A DNA stretch of 64,000 bases from Clostridia bacterium (GTDB taxonomy: Bacteria > Bacillota > Clostridia > Oscillospirales > CAG-272), in assembly GCA_017443595.1 (NCBI GenBank), contig JAFSYU010000033.1, positions 14,549-78,548 of the forward strand, given 5' to 3'. Positions 35,174 through 44,214 of the stretch are shown here, piece by piece; position 1 is the first letter of the stretch, and every line of letters starts with the position of its first letter. The notes under the pieces were generated by a model. The model was not told where the DNA came from. It did not search any database and was given only the letters and a program-made list of their open reading frames with translations. The position numbers and the translations under genes were made by a program.

Positions 35174-35713
35174 AGCAACTCATAACGGCGCGAAGCGCTT
35201 CATAGTTTGCCGGCAGGCAATCATAACGCGGCGTCAGCCGTTCATAACTGAAAAATAAAACCCGACGGAGTTTCGGCGCGGCGTGATAAGGAAGTTTTTG
35301 AATGATTATTTCCGCGCCGAAAATGAAGTCGCCCTTCGGGCTAACGAAGACGCTTCGCTAATGAAGGAATGAAGTCGCTCACTGCGTTCGCTAATTAAGG
35401 AACGAGGGCGACTTCGCTTCATTAGTGAGCGCCGGAGTGCGAACGTCTTCATTAGGGCGTTAGCCCGTCTTCATTAGTGAGCGAAGCGAACGTCTTCATT
35501 AAACCGACTGAATATGAAAAGCAGACTGATTTTAATTTCAGCCTGCTTTTTAAGTGCGCACTTACTCATCACACGGACTTGCGGTGAAAAAACTGCCTTA
35601 TGACGGTCCGGCGTTTGATTTGTCGGGTTTTAAGTTTACAGTTATGATTCCGCTTGCGCGGAAACTATGATTTTGCCTTGCGGCAAAAACTATGAGACGG
35701 CTTCGCCGTCGTT
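35174..35713. repeat. 540-bp intergenic mosaic of word-plus-hairpin modules in both orientations
   Basis: A TCATAAC/TCATAG array at 35176-35250 has an inverted, roughly 70 percent similar copy at 35639-35711. AATGAAG words start at 35322, 35360 and 35368. Inverted CTTCATT words start at 35417, 35447, 35469 and 35494. Confidence 0.85.
35517..35551. terminator. Bidirectional terminator inside the mosaic region
   Basis: AAAAGCAGACTGA-loop-TCAGCCTGCTTTT (one mismatch), with T-runs on both strands. Confidence 0.6.
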
Positions 35714-37228
35714 TCAGTTCGTCGTTCCGTCCCAGGTGCTGACGGTCGTGTCGGTCTTTTCCTCTTCGGTGAACCAGTGTGTTGTGACGCACTTGGAATC
35801 CGTGTAGAATTTGACCGCGTCCTTGCCGAGCGTGTGCAGCGCGCCGAAGAACGATTTTTTATGACCGGAGAACGGGAATACGCCGACCGGTACGGGTATA
35901 CCGACGTTCACGCCGACCATACCGCCGTGCGTGCGCTTTGCAAATTCTCTTGCAAAGTAGCCGTTCTGCGTGTAGATGACGGAGCCGTTTGCAAACGGGT
36001 TCATGTTCATCATCCTAAGGCCGTCTTCAAAGTTCTTGCAGCGCTTGATGCAGAGAACGGGACCGAATATTTCGTAGGTACCTACGTTCATATCCTCGGT
36101 AACGTGATCGAGTATCGTCGGACCTAAATAGAAGCCGTTTTCAAATCCGGGAACGGTCACGTTCCTGCCGTCGAGCACAAGCTCCGCGCCCTCTTCTATA
36201 CCGGCGTTGATGCGCTCGATAATTTCATTCTTATGCTTGAGCGAATATACGGGCCCGAGCTTCGTTTCCTTGTCGTAAGCGGGACCTACTTTTATATTCT
36301 CAGCGAGTTTCTTTATCTCTGCTACGAGTTTATCCGCGATAGCTTCTTCCGCAACTACCACGGGCAGAGCCATGCAGCGTTCGCCCGCGCAGCCGTACGC
36401 CGCGTTGACGATACCGGCGGCGACTCTTGTAAGCGGAGCGTCGCTCATGACGAGCGCATGGTTTTTCGCCTCGCAAAGAGTCTGTACGCGCTTGCCGTAT
36501 TTGGATGCGCGCTCGTAAACGGAAAGACCTGTTTTTGTAGATCCTACGAATGATACGCCTTTGATGCGGTCGTCCGCCATCATGCGCTCAACCTCGTCTC
36601 TGCCGCAGGTAATTACGTTCAAAACGCCCGCGGGAAGACCCGCCTGGCGGTAGATATCCGCAAATTTCAGCGCCGTCATCGGCGTTGTGCTTGACGCCTT
36701 AAGGACTATCGTGTTGCCGCAGGCGATGCAGAGCGGGACCATCCAGCCCATGGGTATCATGGCGGGGAAGTTGCACGGAGCGATGCCTAAAAATACGCCT
36801 AAGGATTCGCGGTAAAGCACCGTGTCGTAACCGTTTGACGCGTCCATAAGGGACTCGCCCATAATGAGCGACGGCATGGATATAGCGTGTTCGGTCGCCT
36901 CTCTGGCTTTCAGCACGTCGCCCTTCGCCTCTTCCCAGGCTTTGCCGTTTTCACGCGCAACGCTCATAGTCAGCTCGTCAAGATGCTCGTCTATGTACTG
37001 TTTTACTTTGTAAAGTACCTGTACGCGCTTTAAGACCGGAACGTTTCTCCAGCCTTCAAACGCTTCCGAGGCGGATTTTATGGCGAGGTCGATCTCGTCG
37101 GGCGTGCATTTCGGCGCCTCGGCAATTATTTCGCCCGTGCTGGGGTTATAGATCTTGTAGTAATCCGTCGTCTTGGACGGTACGTATTCGTTATTTATAA
37201 ACAAATTAAGCTTTCCCATACTTATCAA
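35714..37228 (-). CDS. mmsA: CoA-acylating methylmalonate/malonate-semialdehyde dehydrogenase (MmsA/IolA family)
   Basis: FPAMIPMGWMVPLCIACGNTIVLKAS, GCAGERCMA, VGVNVGIPVPVGVFPFSGHKKSFFGALHTLGKDAVKFYT. The start is either TTG at 37228 or ATG at 37219. Confidence 0.85.
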   Translation of the reverse strand: MISMGKLNLFINNEYVPSKTTDYYKIYNPSTGEIIAEAPKCTPDEIDLAIKSASEAFEGWRNVPVLKRVQVLYKVKQYIDEHLDELTMSVARENGKAWEEAKGDVLKAREATEHAISMPSLIMGESLMDASNGYDTVLYRESLGVFLGIAPCNFPAMIPMGWMVPLCIACGNTIVLKASSTTPMTALKFADIYRQAGLPAGVLNVITCGRDEVERMMADDRIKGVSFVGSTKTGLSVYERASKYGKRVQTLCEAKNHALVMSDAPLTRVAAGIVNAAYGCAGERCMALPVVVAEEAIADKLVAEIKKLAENIKVGPAYDKETKLGPVYSLKHKNEIIERINAGIEEGAELVLDGRNVTVPGFENGFYLGPTILDHVTEDMNVGTYEIFGPVLCIKRCKNFEDGLRMMNMNPFANGSVIYTQNGYFAREFAKRTHGGMVGVNVGIPVPVGVFPFSGHKKSFFGALHTLGKDAVKFYTDSKCVTTHWFTEEEKTDTTVSTWDGTTN

Positions 37229-37790
37229 TAAACTCCTTAAACGGTTTGTGATTCATTACGGTATCAAGCGTAGCCTGATCTACGCTTTTCATTATCTCAT
37301 CAAAGCTCTTGTGGGTGCCGTTGCTTATACCTTTCAACAGCTCTCTTGACGCCTGCTGACTTTCGGCTCTGTGAAGGGGATATCCGCGTCCGGGAGGATC
37401 CAAGAACAGTTTTTCAAATATGTATTTTAAGTTTATGTCGCCCGCCCAGCCGAAGCCTTTGTTTAAAGCTAAGGAAATGCAGTTTCCGCCGTTGATCTGC
37501 GAAAACAGCCACGCGTCGAGCGAATCCTGGATAAGACCGCAGAATACGCCGGGATACTGCATTGCGGACATAAGGAATCCCTGACCCGTTCCGCAGCCGC
37601 CTACGACGAAATCCGCCGCGCCCGTATTGAGCGCGATACCCGCCATAAGTCCGGTCTGGATGTAAGTAAGAGCGCCGTCTTCAGCCGTGCAGCCTACGTT
37701 GAATATCTCGTTGCCCGTGGCTTTCAACGCCTCATAAACCAAAGGATTTTTGTCTCTGGACGAAACTTCGTTAATAAGTGCGATTCTCAT
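37206..37790 (-). CDS. RpiB/LacA/LacB-family sugar(-phosphate) isomerase-like protein with a C-terminal extension
   Basis: MRIALINE...FVVGGCGTGQGFLMSAMQYPGVFCG resembles RpiB-type isomerases. At 194 aa it is longer than a typical RpiB. Confidence 0.5.
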   Translation of the reverse strand: MRIALINEVSSRDKNPLVYEALKATGNEIFNVGCTAEDGALTYIQTGLMAGIALNTGAADFVVGGCGTGQGFLMSAMQYPGVFCGLIQDSLDAWLFSQINGGNCISLALNKGFGWAGDINLKYIFEKLFLDPPGRGYPLHRAESQQASRELLKGISNGTHKSFDEIMKSVDQATLDTVMNHKPFKEFIDKYGKA

Positions 37791-37814
37791 TTATTTACTC
37801 CACTCCTTTAATAT

Positions 37815-38801
37815 TTATTTACGCGAAATGCATTTTAACGCAGCGGCGACGATGCCGTCCGCGGTAAGTCCGAAACGCTTTTGCAAAAAGTCCTGCGTGC
37901 CGACCTCGCCGAACGATTCCTTAACGCCGACGCGCTCTGCGGGAACGGGAGTTCCCTCGGATAACGCCTCGCATACGGCGGAGCCTAAGCCGCCTGTGAC
38001 GTTGTGGTTTTCCGCCGTCACTATAGCGCCGCATTCCTTTGCCGCGGCTTGTACCGCCTCTGTATCAAGCGGTTTTATGGTGTGCATATCAAGAACTCTT
38101 GCCGATATTCCTTTTTCGGATAAGATATCGGCAGCCTTTAACGCTTCATATACCATAATGCCGCTTGCTATGATGCAAACGTCTTTGCCGTCGGCTAATT
38201 TATTGGCTTTGCCTATGACGAATTCCGCGCCGTCTTCGTATATGCGCATCGTTTTTCTGCGTGAGGTGCGCAGATAATGGACGCCGTAGTTGTTTGCCAT
38301 ATACGAAACGGCTGATTTATACATCGTCACGTCTGCCGGTTCGATTATGACCGCGCCGGGAACGAGCCGCATAAGCCCTATATCCTCAAAAGGCATATGC
38401 GTACCGCCGTTCGTAGCCGCGGTGACGCCGGGATCGGCGCCTATGATCTTTACGTTCAGCTTCTGATACGCGCAGGATAAGAATATCTGATCAAACGCGC
38501 GTCTCGTGGCGAACACGCCGAAAGCGTGGAAGAAGGGAACAAGTCCCGTTTCCGACATACCGGCGCTCATGCCTATGGCGTGAGCCTCCATTATGCCGCA
38601 GTTGATGCTTCTTTCGGGAAATTCCCTGTAAAAAGGCTCCGTTCCGACGGAATGGCTCACGTCAGCGTCAACGACTACGATATTTTTGTTTTTTTTGGCT
38701 TCGTCTATAAGAGCTTCGCAGTAAGCTGCGCGCATTTCTGTTGTATCAAGTTTGATATTATCAGTCAATCTGCCCATAGCTTGCCTCCAGTCTTCTGTCA
38801 A
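37815..38801 (-). CDS. Transketolase, C-terminal (pyrimidine-binding) subunit
   Basis: 328 aa. CGIMEAHAIGMSAGMS, GGTHMPFEDIGLMR, and a C-terminal regulatory-domain-like region. Confidence 0.9.
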   Translation of the reverse strand: MTEDWRQAMGRLTDNIKLDTTEMRAAYCEALIDEAKKNKNIVVVDADVSHSVGTEPFYREFPERSINCGIMEAHAIGMSAGMSETGLVPFFHAFGVFATRRAFDQIFLSCAYQKLNVKIIGADPGVTAATNGGTHMPFEDIGLMRLVPGAVIIEPADVTMYKSAVSYMANNYGVHYLRTSRRKTMRIYEDGAEFVIGKANKLADGKDVCIIASGIMVYEALKAADILSEKGISARVLDMHTIKPLDTEAVQAAAKECGAIVTAENHNVTGGLGSAVCEALSEGTPVPAERVGVKESFGEVGTQDFLQKRFGLTADGIVAAALKCISRK

Positions 38802-39597
38802 CTTCGGCTATCGCCTCGTCCGCCATCTCCTTTGAGATCACCATATAGTGATTGAAACCGGGTATCTCGGAGAACTTGCAGCCGTGTCCCTTTTCCGTGT
38901 TCATTATAACGGCGGCGGGACCTGTCTTTATGGCTGTCGTCAGCTTGTCGTAAATATCGGTCACGTTGTGGCCGTCCGCAACGAACGTGTGAAGCCCGAA
39001 CGATTCGAATTTTGCCTTGTAATCAAACGTCTGACAGATGTCCTTCGTATAACCGTCAAGCTGTCTTCTGTTGTTGTCAACGATTATAACTATGTTTGAC
39101 AAACCTTTGTGAGCTATGAACTGTACAGCTTCCCAGTTCTGACCTTCCTGAAGCTCACCGTCGCCGACTATCACGAAAACTCTGCCGGGGATGCCCTGTA
39201 TCTTTTTGCCCATTGCGACGCCCGTACCGAGCGAAAGACCTTGTCCGAGCGAGCCGGTGCTTATGTCTATGCCGGTCGTTTTTAATCTGTCGCAGTGGCT
39301 CGGCAGAGAAGTGCCGCCCTGATTGAGCGTCTTTAACTGTTCTTTATCAAAATAGCCTTTGTAAGCGAGCGTGGCGTATAACGCCGGTCCGCAGTGGCCT
39401 TTTGACAGCACAAGATAGTCGCGATCCGGTTTTTTCGGGTTTTTGGGGTCAATATCAAGGATATCGGTATACAGCACGGCAAGTATGTCGCAAATGGACA
39501 TACTGCCGCCTATATGACCGTATCCCGCCGCCGCGAGTTCTTCTATACACAGCTTGCGTATATCCGCAGCGGCTTTCATCGTAGTTTTTTTATCCAT
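38761..39597 (-). CDS. Transketolase, N-terminal (ThDP-binding) subunit
   Basis: 278 aa. GHIGGSMSICDIL, LSKGHCGPALY, the ThDP motif GDGELQEGQNWEA. It overlaps the C-terminal subunit gene by 41 nt. Confidence 0.9.
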   Translation of the reverse strand: MDKKTTMKAAADIRKLCIEELAAAGYGHIGGSMSICDILAVLYTDILDIDPKNPKKPDRDYLVLSKGHCGPALYATLAYKGYFDKEQLKTLNQGGTSLPSHCDRLKTTGIDISTGSLGQGLSLGTGVAMGKKIQGIPGRVFVIVGDGELQEGQNWEAVQFIAHKGLSNIVIIVDNNRRQLDGYTKDICQTFDYKAKFESFGLHTFVADGHNVTDIYDKLTTAIKTGPAAVIMNTEKGHGCKFSEIPGFNHYMVISKEMADEAIAEVDRRLEASYGQID

Positions 39598-39624
39598 AAT
39601 ATTGCCTTTTAAAAATCAAGACTT

Positions 39625-41421
39625 TTATACGGTCTCTTCAAGTTTGCCTGTCTCGTAATTCTTTTTCTTTTCTTCCATGTACGCGGGTACCGGAACGTCC
39701 CACCAGCCGAACGCCTTGCCGCCGGAATACGGATATTCCGCGGATACGGGAACGTGGATGAACGCAGGCTTGCCCGCCTTTGTCGTCTCCAGAGCGTCCT
39801 TCAGCGCTTTTTCAAAGCCGTCTTTATCTTTTGCAAGATACGATTTTACGTGGAACGCTTCCGCTATCGTCTTGAAATCGGGACCGTAGCTTTCGCCGCT
39901 CTGCTCAAAATCGTTACCGAATGCGGATTCGGCTCCGAGCACGTCTATCTGCAGATCCTTTATAGCCATCCAGCCGCGGTTGTCCGCAACTATGACGATT
40001 ATCGGGATGTTGTACTGCGCCATTGTGGACAGCTCCTGCATCACCATCATGAAGTCGCCGTCGCCGACTAGGCAAACCACGGGTCTTTCCGGCGCCGCCA
40101 GCTTTGCGCCCATAGCCGCCGGGAATGCCCAGCCCATCGTCGAGAAGCCGCCGGTGGTGAGGTTGCAGTTCGGTTTCTTGTAGCAGTATTCCTGGAAAAG
40201 CTGCGCCTGCGTGTTGCCGGAGGAAGTTGATATTATCGTATCGTCCGGCAGCGTTTCGTTCATAACGCCTAAGAGCTTGGAAATAGTGAAATCTTTCGTT
40301 TCAACGCTTCTGTTTTTTGCAACGTAGTCAAACCAGCTCTTGCGCAGGTCTTTTATCTCGTCAAGATACGCTTTGTTTACGTTAAAGTCGCCGAACGCGT
40401 CAAGTATCTTTTCAGCCGCGTCCTTTGCGCCGGCTATGATACCGACGTCAACGGCGTAGTTTTTACCGAGCTCGTGCGCGTCAATATCCACCTGGATAAG
40501 CTTCGTATCCGGGAAGCTGAACGCCGCGCCTTTTCTGTAGGAACACGTCGTTTCGTCAGCAAAACGCGTGCCGAGCGCGAGTATAACGTCGGCAGACGAA
40601 GCTGCCTTTATACCGATAGCCGTGCCCTTTGAGCCGGTGTGGAAGCAGTACTGCGGATGCGTCTCCGCTACCGTGCCTTTTGCCGCGAGCGTAGTGACTA
40701 TGCCCGCGCCCCATTTCTCCGCGAGTTTTACTATAACTTCACCCGCGCCGTCGTTCATCGCGCCGCCGCCCGCCAAAATAACGGGTCTCTTTGCGGTCTT
40801 CATAAGCGCAACGGCTTTCTTTACGGCTTCCGCGTCCGCGGACGGGCTGAACGAAGGTTCTGCCGCAGCCGGCGCAACGCCGGATTCCGCATACTCGGAC
40901 TGGACGTCCATGGGAAGCGCTATAACGCACGGACCTCTTCTGCCTCCGGTCATCTCACGGAAAGCGTTTGATACTATACGTGAAAGCTGCCTTGCGGATT
41001 CCGCGCGCCATACGCGTTTGGAAAGCGGCTCAAGGCTTCTTAAAATATTGCTGTCTTTGTAGCGTTCAAGCTCCTGCAGAACGCCGACGCCGCTCATATG
41101 AACGTGCGTGTCGCCGCAGAGCGCTAAAAACGACGTGGAATCGGCGTATGCCGTTCCCAAACCTATACCTAAATTCAAAGTGCCGGGGCCTATTGATGCA
41201 AATACCGCGAGCGGTTGTTTTTTAACTCTGAAATAGCCGTCCGCAATAGCGGTCGCAGCCTGTTCGTGCTTTACCTGTATGTATTTGATATTGCCCGCCG
41301 CCTCTTCTTTTCTTATGGCGTCAAACAGACCGAGCACGCCGTGGCCGGGGATACCGAGAATATACGGCACGCCCTCAGCGGCAAGTTTTTTTACGACTAT
41401 TTCTCCTCCGGTAAGTTTCAT
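39625..41421 (-). CDS. Thiamine-diphosphate-dependent enzyme of the acetolactate synthase superfamily (IolD- or Xsc-like)
   Basis: 598 aa. ThDP motif GDGDFMMVMQELSTMAQYNIPIIVIVADN, and the C-terminal GWWDVPVPAY. The subfamily cannot be settled by eye. Confidence 0.8.
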   Translation of the reverse strand: MKLTGGEIVVKKLAAEGVPYILGIPGHGVLGLFDAIRKEEAAGNIKYIQVKHEQAATAIADGYFRVKKQPLAVFASIGPGTLNLGIGLGTAYADSTSFLALCGDTHVHMSGVGVLQELERYKDSNILRSLEPLSKRVWRAESARQLSRIVSNAFREMTGGRRGPCVIALPMDVQSEYAESGVAPAAAEPSFSPSADAEAVKKAVALMKTAKRPVILAGGGAMNDGAGEVIVKLAEKWGAGIVTTLAAKGTVAETHPQYCFHTGSKGTAIGIKAASSADVILALGTRFADETTCSYRKGAAFSFPDTKLIQVDIDAHELGKNYAVDVGIIAGAKDAAEKILDAFGDFNVNKAYLDEIKDLRKSWFDYVAKNRSVETKDFTISKLLGVMNETLPDDTIISTSSGNTQAQLFQEYCYKKPNCNLTTGGFSTMGWAFPAAMGAKLAAPERPVVCLVGDGDFMMVMQELSTMAQYNIPIIVIVADNRGWMAIKDLQIDVLGAESAFGNDFEQSGESYGPDFKTIAEAFHVKSYLAKDKDGFEKALKDALETTKAGKPAFIHVPVSAEYPYSGGKAFGWWDVPVPAYMEEKKKNYETGKLEETV

Positions 41422-41446
41422 TCTCTACCTCCGTTTTATATTTAAG

Positions 41447-42499
41447 TTAATCAATAACAAGATAAGGATACGTGTCGCTTACCTTTATGTTTACTTTGCG
41501 GTTTTCTTCTATGCTCTTGACGCTTGCAAGCACCATAGCGATGCTGTTTACGTTGTCCTTGCAGTCAAGCAGAGGAGTTCTGCCGGTCTTTAACGCGTCG
41601 AACATATCTTCAAGCGCGCCGTCGTGCTGGTCGCGGACCGTTGCCGGTTTTTCTATGATGCCGCCCTTGAACGGGATGCCCTTGAATATATCGCCGTTAT
41701 GATCGCAGTATTCGTATTTTGCGTCGCCGAAGCCGTCCCATACTACCGAGCCGCGCTCGCAGTTCACGCGCCATACGTTGTCCCAGGAGGTGTAGTTGCC
41801 TTCCGTACCGTTATAGCCGCGGAAGGAGTAGATACAGCCGTTATCAAATTCAAACACCGCGTCGCCCGCGCCGTCGCCGGTGTAGAGCGAGCCCTTCGGG
41901 TTGAAGCTGTGATAGTGGACGGACGTGGGTTTGCCGCCTACTAAAAATCTCGCTAAGTCAAAGCTGTGGATGTTGTTGTCCTGCAGCTGCGGGTATTTGA
42001 ACTGGTTGCGTATGCTTGCCATATCCGCATTTACGAATATATCGCTGCAGATGTAGGCCGGATCGCCCATTATACCGGAGAGAACAAGCTCACGGATCTT
42101 TTTGACCTGCTCGATATAACGTCGGTTCTGCATTACGAAATAACGTTTGCCGGTCTCGTCAACGGCTTTCAGCATATCGTTGACCTGATCCACCGTAAAA
42201 GCCATCGGCTTTTCGCCTAAAACGTCATAGCCGGCTTTCAGAGCCATCGTGACTATGTCGTGATGTACGGTAACGTACGTAAGGTCGATAAGTACGTTGC
42301 CCTGATGCTTTGCAAGAGCTTCTTCAACAGAAGAATAGACGGGAGCCGTCAGATTGTATCTCTGCTTGTAATTTTCGGCTCTGGCGGGATTTTTTTCCGC
42401 TATTGCGATTATCTCGCAGTCGTCTCTTTTGGTGATGTGGTCGAGCCAGCGGTAAGCGATATCTCCGCAGCCTGCCATGATGATCCTGAAATCTTTCAT
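41447..42499 (-). CDS. Gfo/Idh/MocA-family NAD(P)-dependent oxidoreductase
   Basis: Rossmann motif IIMAGCGDIAYRW plus the EKPMA motif. The likely start is ATG at 42499 after GGAGG; the ORF track start at 42526 is probably too far upstream. Confidence 0.8.
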   Translation of the reverse strand: MKDFRIIMAGCGDIAYRWLDHITKRDDCEIIAIAEKNPARAENYKQRYNLTAPVYSSVEEALAKHQGNVLIDLTYVTVHHDIVTMALKAGYDVLGEKPMAFTVDQVNDMLKAVDETGKRYFVMQNRRYIEQVKKIRELVLSGIMGDPAYICSDIFVNADMASIRNQFKYPQLQDNNIHSFDLARFLVGGKPTSVHYHSFNPKGSLYTGDGAGDAVFEFDNGCIYSFRGYNGTEGNYTSWDNVWRVNCERGSVVWDGFGDAKYEYCDHNGDIFKGIPFKGGIIEKPATVRDQHDGALEDMFDALKTGRTPLLDCKDNVNSIAMVLASVKSIEENRKVNIKVSDTYPYLVID

Positions 42500-42541
42500 A
42501 ATGGTTTCCTCCGTTATATTTACCATTTATTTGTTATAAAA

Positions 42542-42570
42542 ATTATATATCATTATTTTGAATTTGTCAA
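42542..42570 (-). promoter_or_regulatory. Perfect sigma-A consensus promoter for the oxidoreductase-to-mmsA operon
   Basis: On the minus strand: TTGACA, a 17-nt spacer, TATAAT. Confidence 0.6.
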
Positions 42571-42612
42571 TGCTTAAACCAAAATAACAATAAAATTTAC
42601 AGACATTGGAAA

Positions 42613-42639
42613 CGGAAGCGCGATTTGTTAACGCTTCCG
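42613..42639. terminator. Hairpin after the isomerase-like gene
   Basis: CGGAAGCG-11 nt-CGCTTCCG. A T-run follows on the plus strand and a weaker TTTCC on the minus strand. Confidence 0.4.
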
Positions 42640-42653
42640 CCATTTTTTTAATA

Positions 42654-44009
42654 TCAGATGATTATATTTTCAATTCCGAGCATATCGTTTGCCGCGGCGA
42701 TCTTTTTGCTCTGATCGCCGTATACGAGAGCCCAATGGCGTCCCTCGTAGCATTCGGCAAGTTTTTTGATACCTCCGGGAACGTCTATCACGACCTGGGT
42801 GCGGCAGGACGGGAAAGCGGTGTTCCTTACAAGGTTTCCGCGTACTATCACCATTTTGTCCATGCCGTCGTGAGAGATACCCGTTACGGTCACGGGTCCG
42901 GGCTGTTTCAGCACCTGCAGGCCGCACGGCAGATCTCTGATCTCAAAATAAGTATAGATGTTGAATTCATCCTTTTCGTCGGAATCATAGCTTCTCTTCG
43001 TCGGAGCGGTGCAGTGGGAAACGAACAGCTTGTCGTCTTGCGGGAACAGGTACGGGTTGCACATGAACGCCGGCTCGTTTGTCGCATACGTGACTATCAT
43101 CATATTCATAAGCGTCGTTACGTCAGCTTCGCAGGCGGCGACGATCCCGTCGTCATTCAGCTTGGATAACGCGTAGCAGGACGACGTGTTGCAGCCGGTA
43201 TGGACCGTTGACTCTATGCAGTTTACGGTAAACGCGTCCGCGCCGTAAACGGCTATGAGATTTTTGTATATCTGATACGTCTTTTCGGGATTTGAAAGAT
43301 CGTATTCGGCGGGAACTCTGTTTTCCTTTACTTCGTTTATAAGATTCGAAGCGTTGCCGCATTTGCAGTTGCTGAACAATTCAACAAACTTGTCAGAGCC
43401 TATCTGTTTCCACTGCACGCCGTATTTTTCCTGAATCAGACGGACCATCTCATAACCCCAGTTGAAGCTGTGGTACGGCTCGTACATGGATTCGCCGATA
43501 CATAGCACCTTTGTGTTTTTTATCTTGAATCTTACGTTCAGCGCCGACGTATACGAGGTAAGCTCCTCGTCGTTGTCGCAGAGATAAACCTCGTGATTTA
43601 TGCCGAGTCTGGCGTCAATTTTTCTTACGTCGCGCATGAAATACGGATAAAACACGTGGCCGTACGACCAGAATTCCGCAAAAGCGGGAGCGTAAATGAC
43701 TATCGGTCTGTTCTTTGAATGAAGAGCGGCGAACACCACGTCAATGACGTTGAACGGCACGACAACGTATGCGTCCGCGGGGTCAAGGTTCAAAGCGTCG
43801 TTTTCCGTAACGGCGTGTGCGGTGAAAGTTTCCGTGTCTTTCGGTAAAAGCGCTTTCACACGGTCAGACATTTTTGCGATTATCTGCTCGTCAGCCGTTA
43901 AGTTTATAGCGTCCGACTCGCGCAGATCGTTATTTTTTATCTTTTTTTCTTCCGGGGACAAAGTGTAGTACTTGCCGAGTATCACAATACCGATTTTCAT
44001 TTTTTTCAT
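42654..44009 (-). CDS. L-fucose/L-arabinose isomerase-family protein
   Basis: About 450 aa. The C-terminal region HCTAP...GRHWALVYGDQSKKIAAANDMLGIE resembles FucI/AraA-like isomerases. ATG at 44009 has better RBS spacing than the ORF track start at 44018. Confidence 0.5.
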   Translation of the reverse strand: MKKMKIGIVILGKYYTLSPEEKKIKNNDLRESDAINLTADEQIIAKMSDRVKALLPKDTETFTAHAVTENDALNLDPADAYVVVPFNVIDVVFAALHSKNRPIVIYAPAFAEFWSYGHVFYPYFMRDVRKIDARLGINHEVYLCDNDEELTSYTSALNVRFKIKNTKVLCIGESMYEPYHSFNWGYEMVRLIQEKYGVQWKQIGSDKFVELFSNCKCGNASNLINEVKENRVPAEYDLSNPEKTYQIYKNLIAVYGADAFTVNCIESTVHTGCNTSSCYALSKLNDDGIVAACEADVTTLMNMMIVTYATNEPAFMCNPYLFPQDDKLFVSHCTAPTKRSYDSDEKDEFNIYTYFEIRDLPCGLQVLKQPGPVTVTGISHDGMDKMVIVRGNLVRNTAFPSCRTQVVIDVPGGIKKLAECYEGRHWALVYGDQSKKIAAANDMLGIENIII

Positions 44010-44214
44010 AGCTGTCATACCTTTCTTTTTTATTTCCGGCTTTGCCGGTCTTTCGTTTTATTCTACATCCGGAAATCAAAAAAAACAATGGTCAACGCTT
44101 CCGTTTTTTTAGGGTATTCTGACCTGTTTTGCAATTTATTCATATTTTATGATTGATTTTGTTTCTCATATATGCAATATTATATATATTGAATTCACAA
44201 TGGAGTACAGTGTT

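Noticed and set aside
35714-42499. Canonical myo-inositol (iol) operon
   Set aside because: IolG-, IolD- and IolA-like genes are present, but iolB, iolC, iolE and iolJ equivalents and an inositol transporter are absent. A split transketolase and an RpiB-like gene are present instead.
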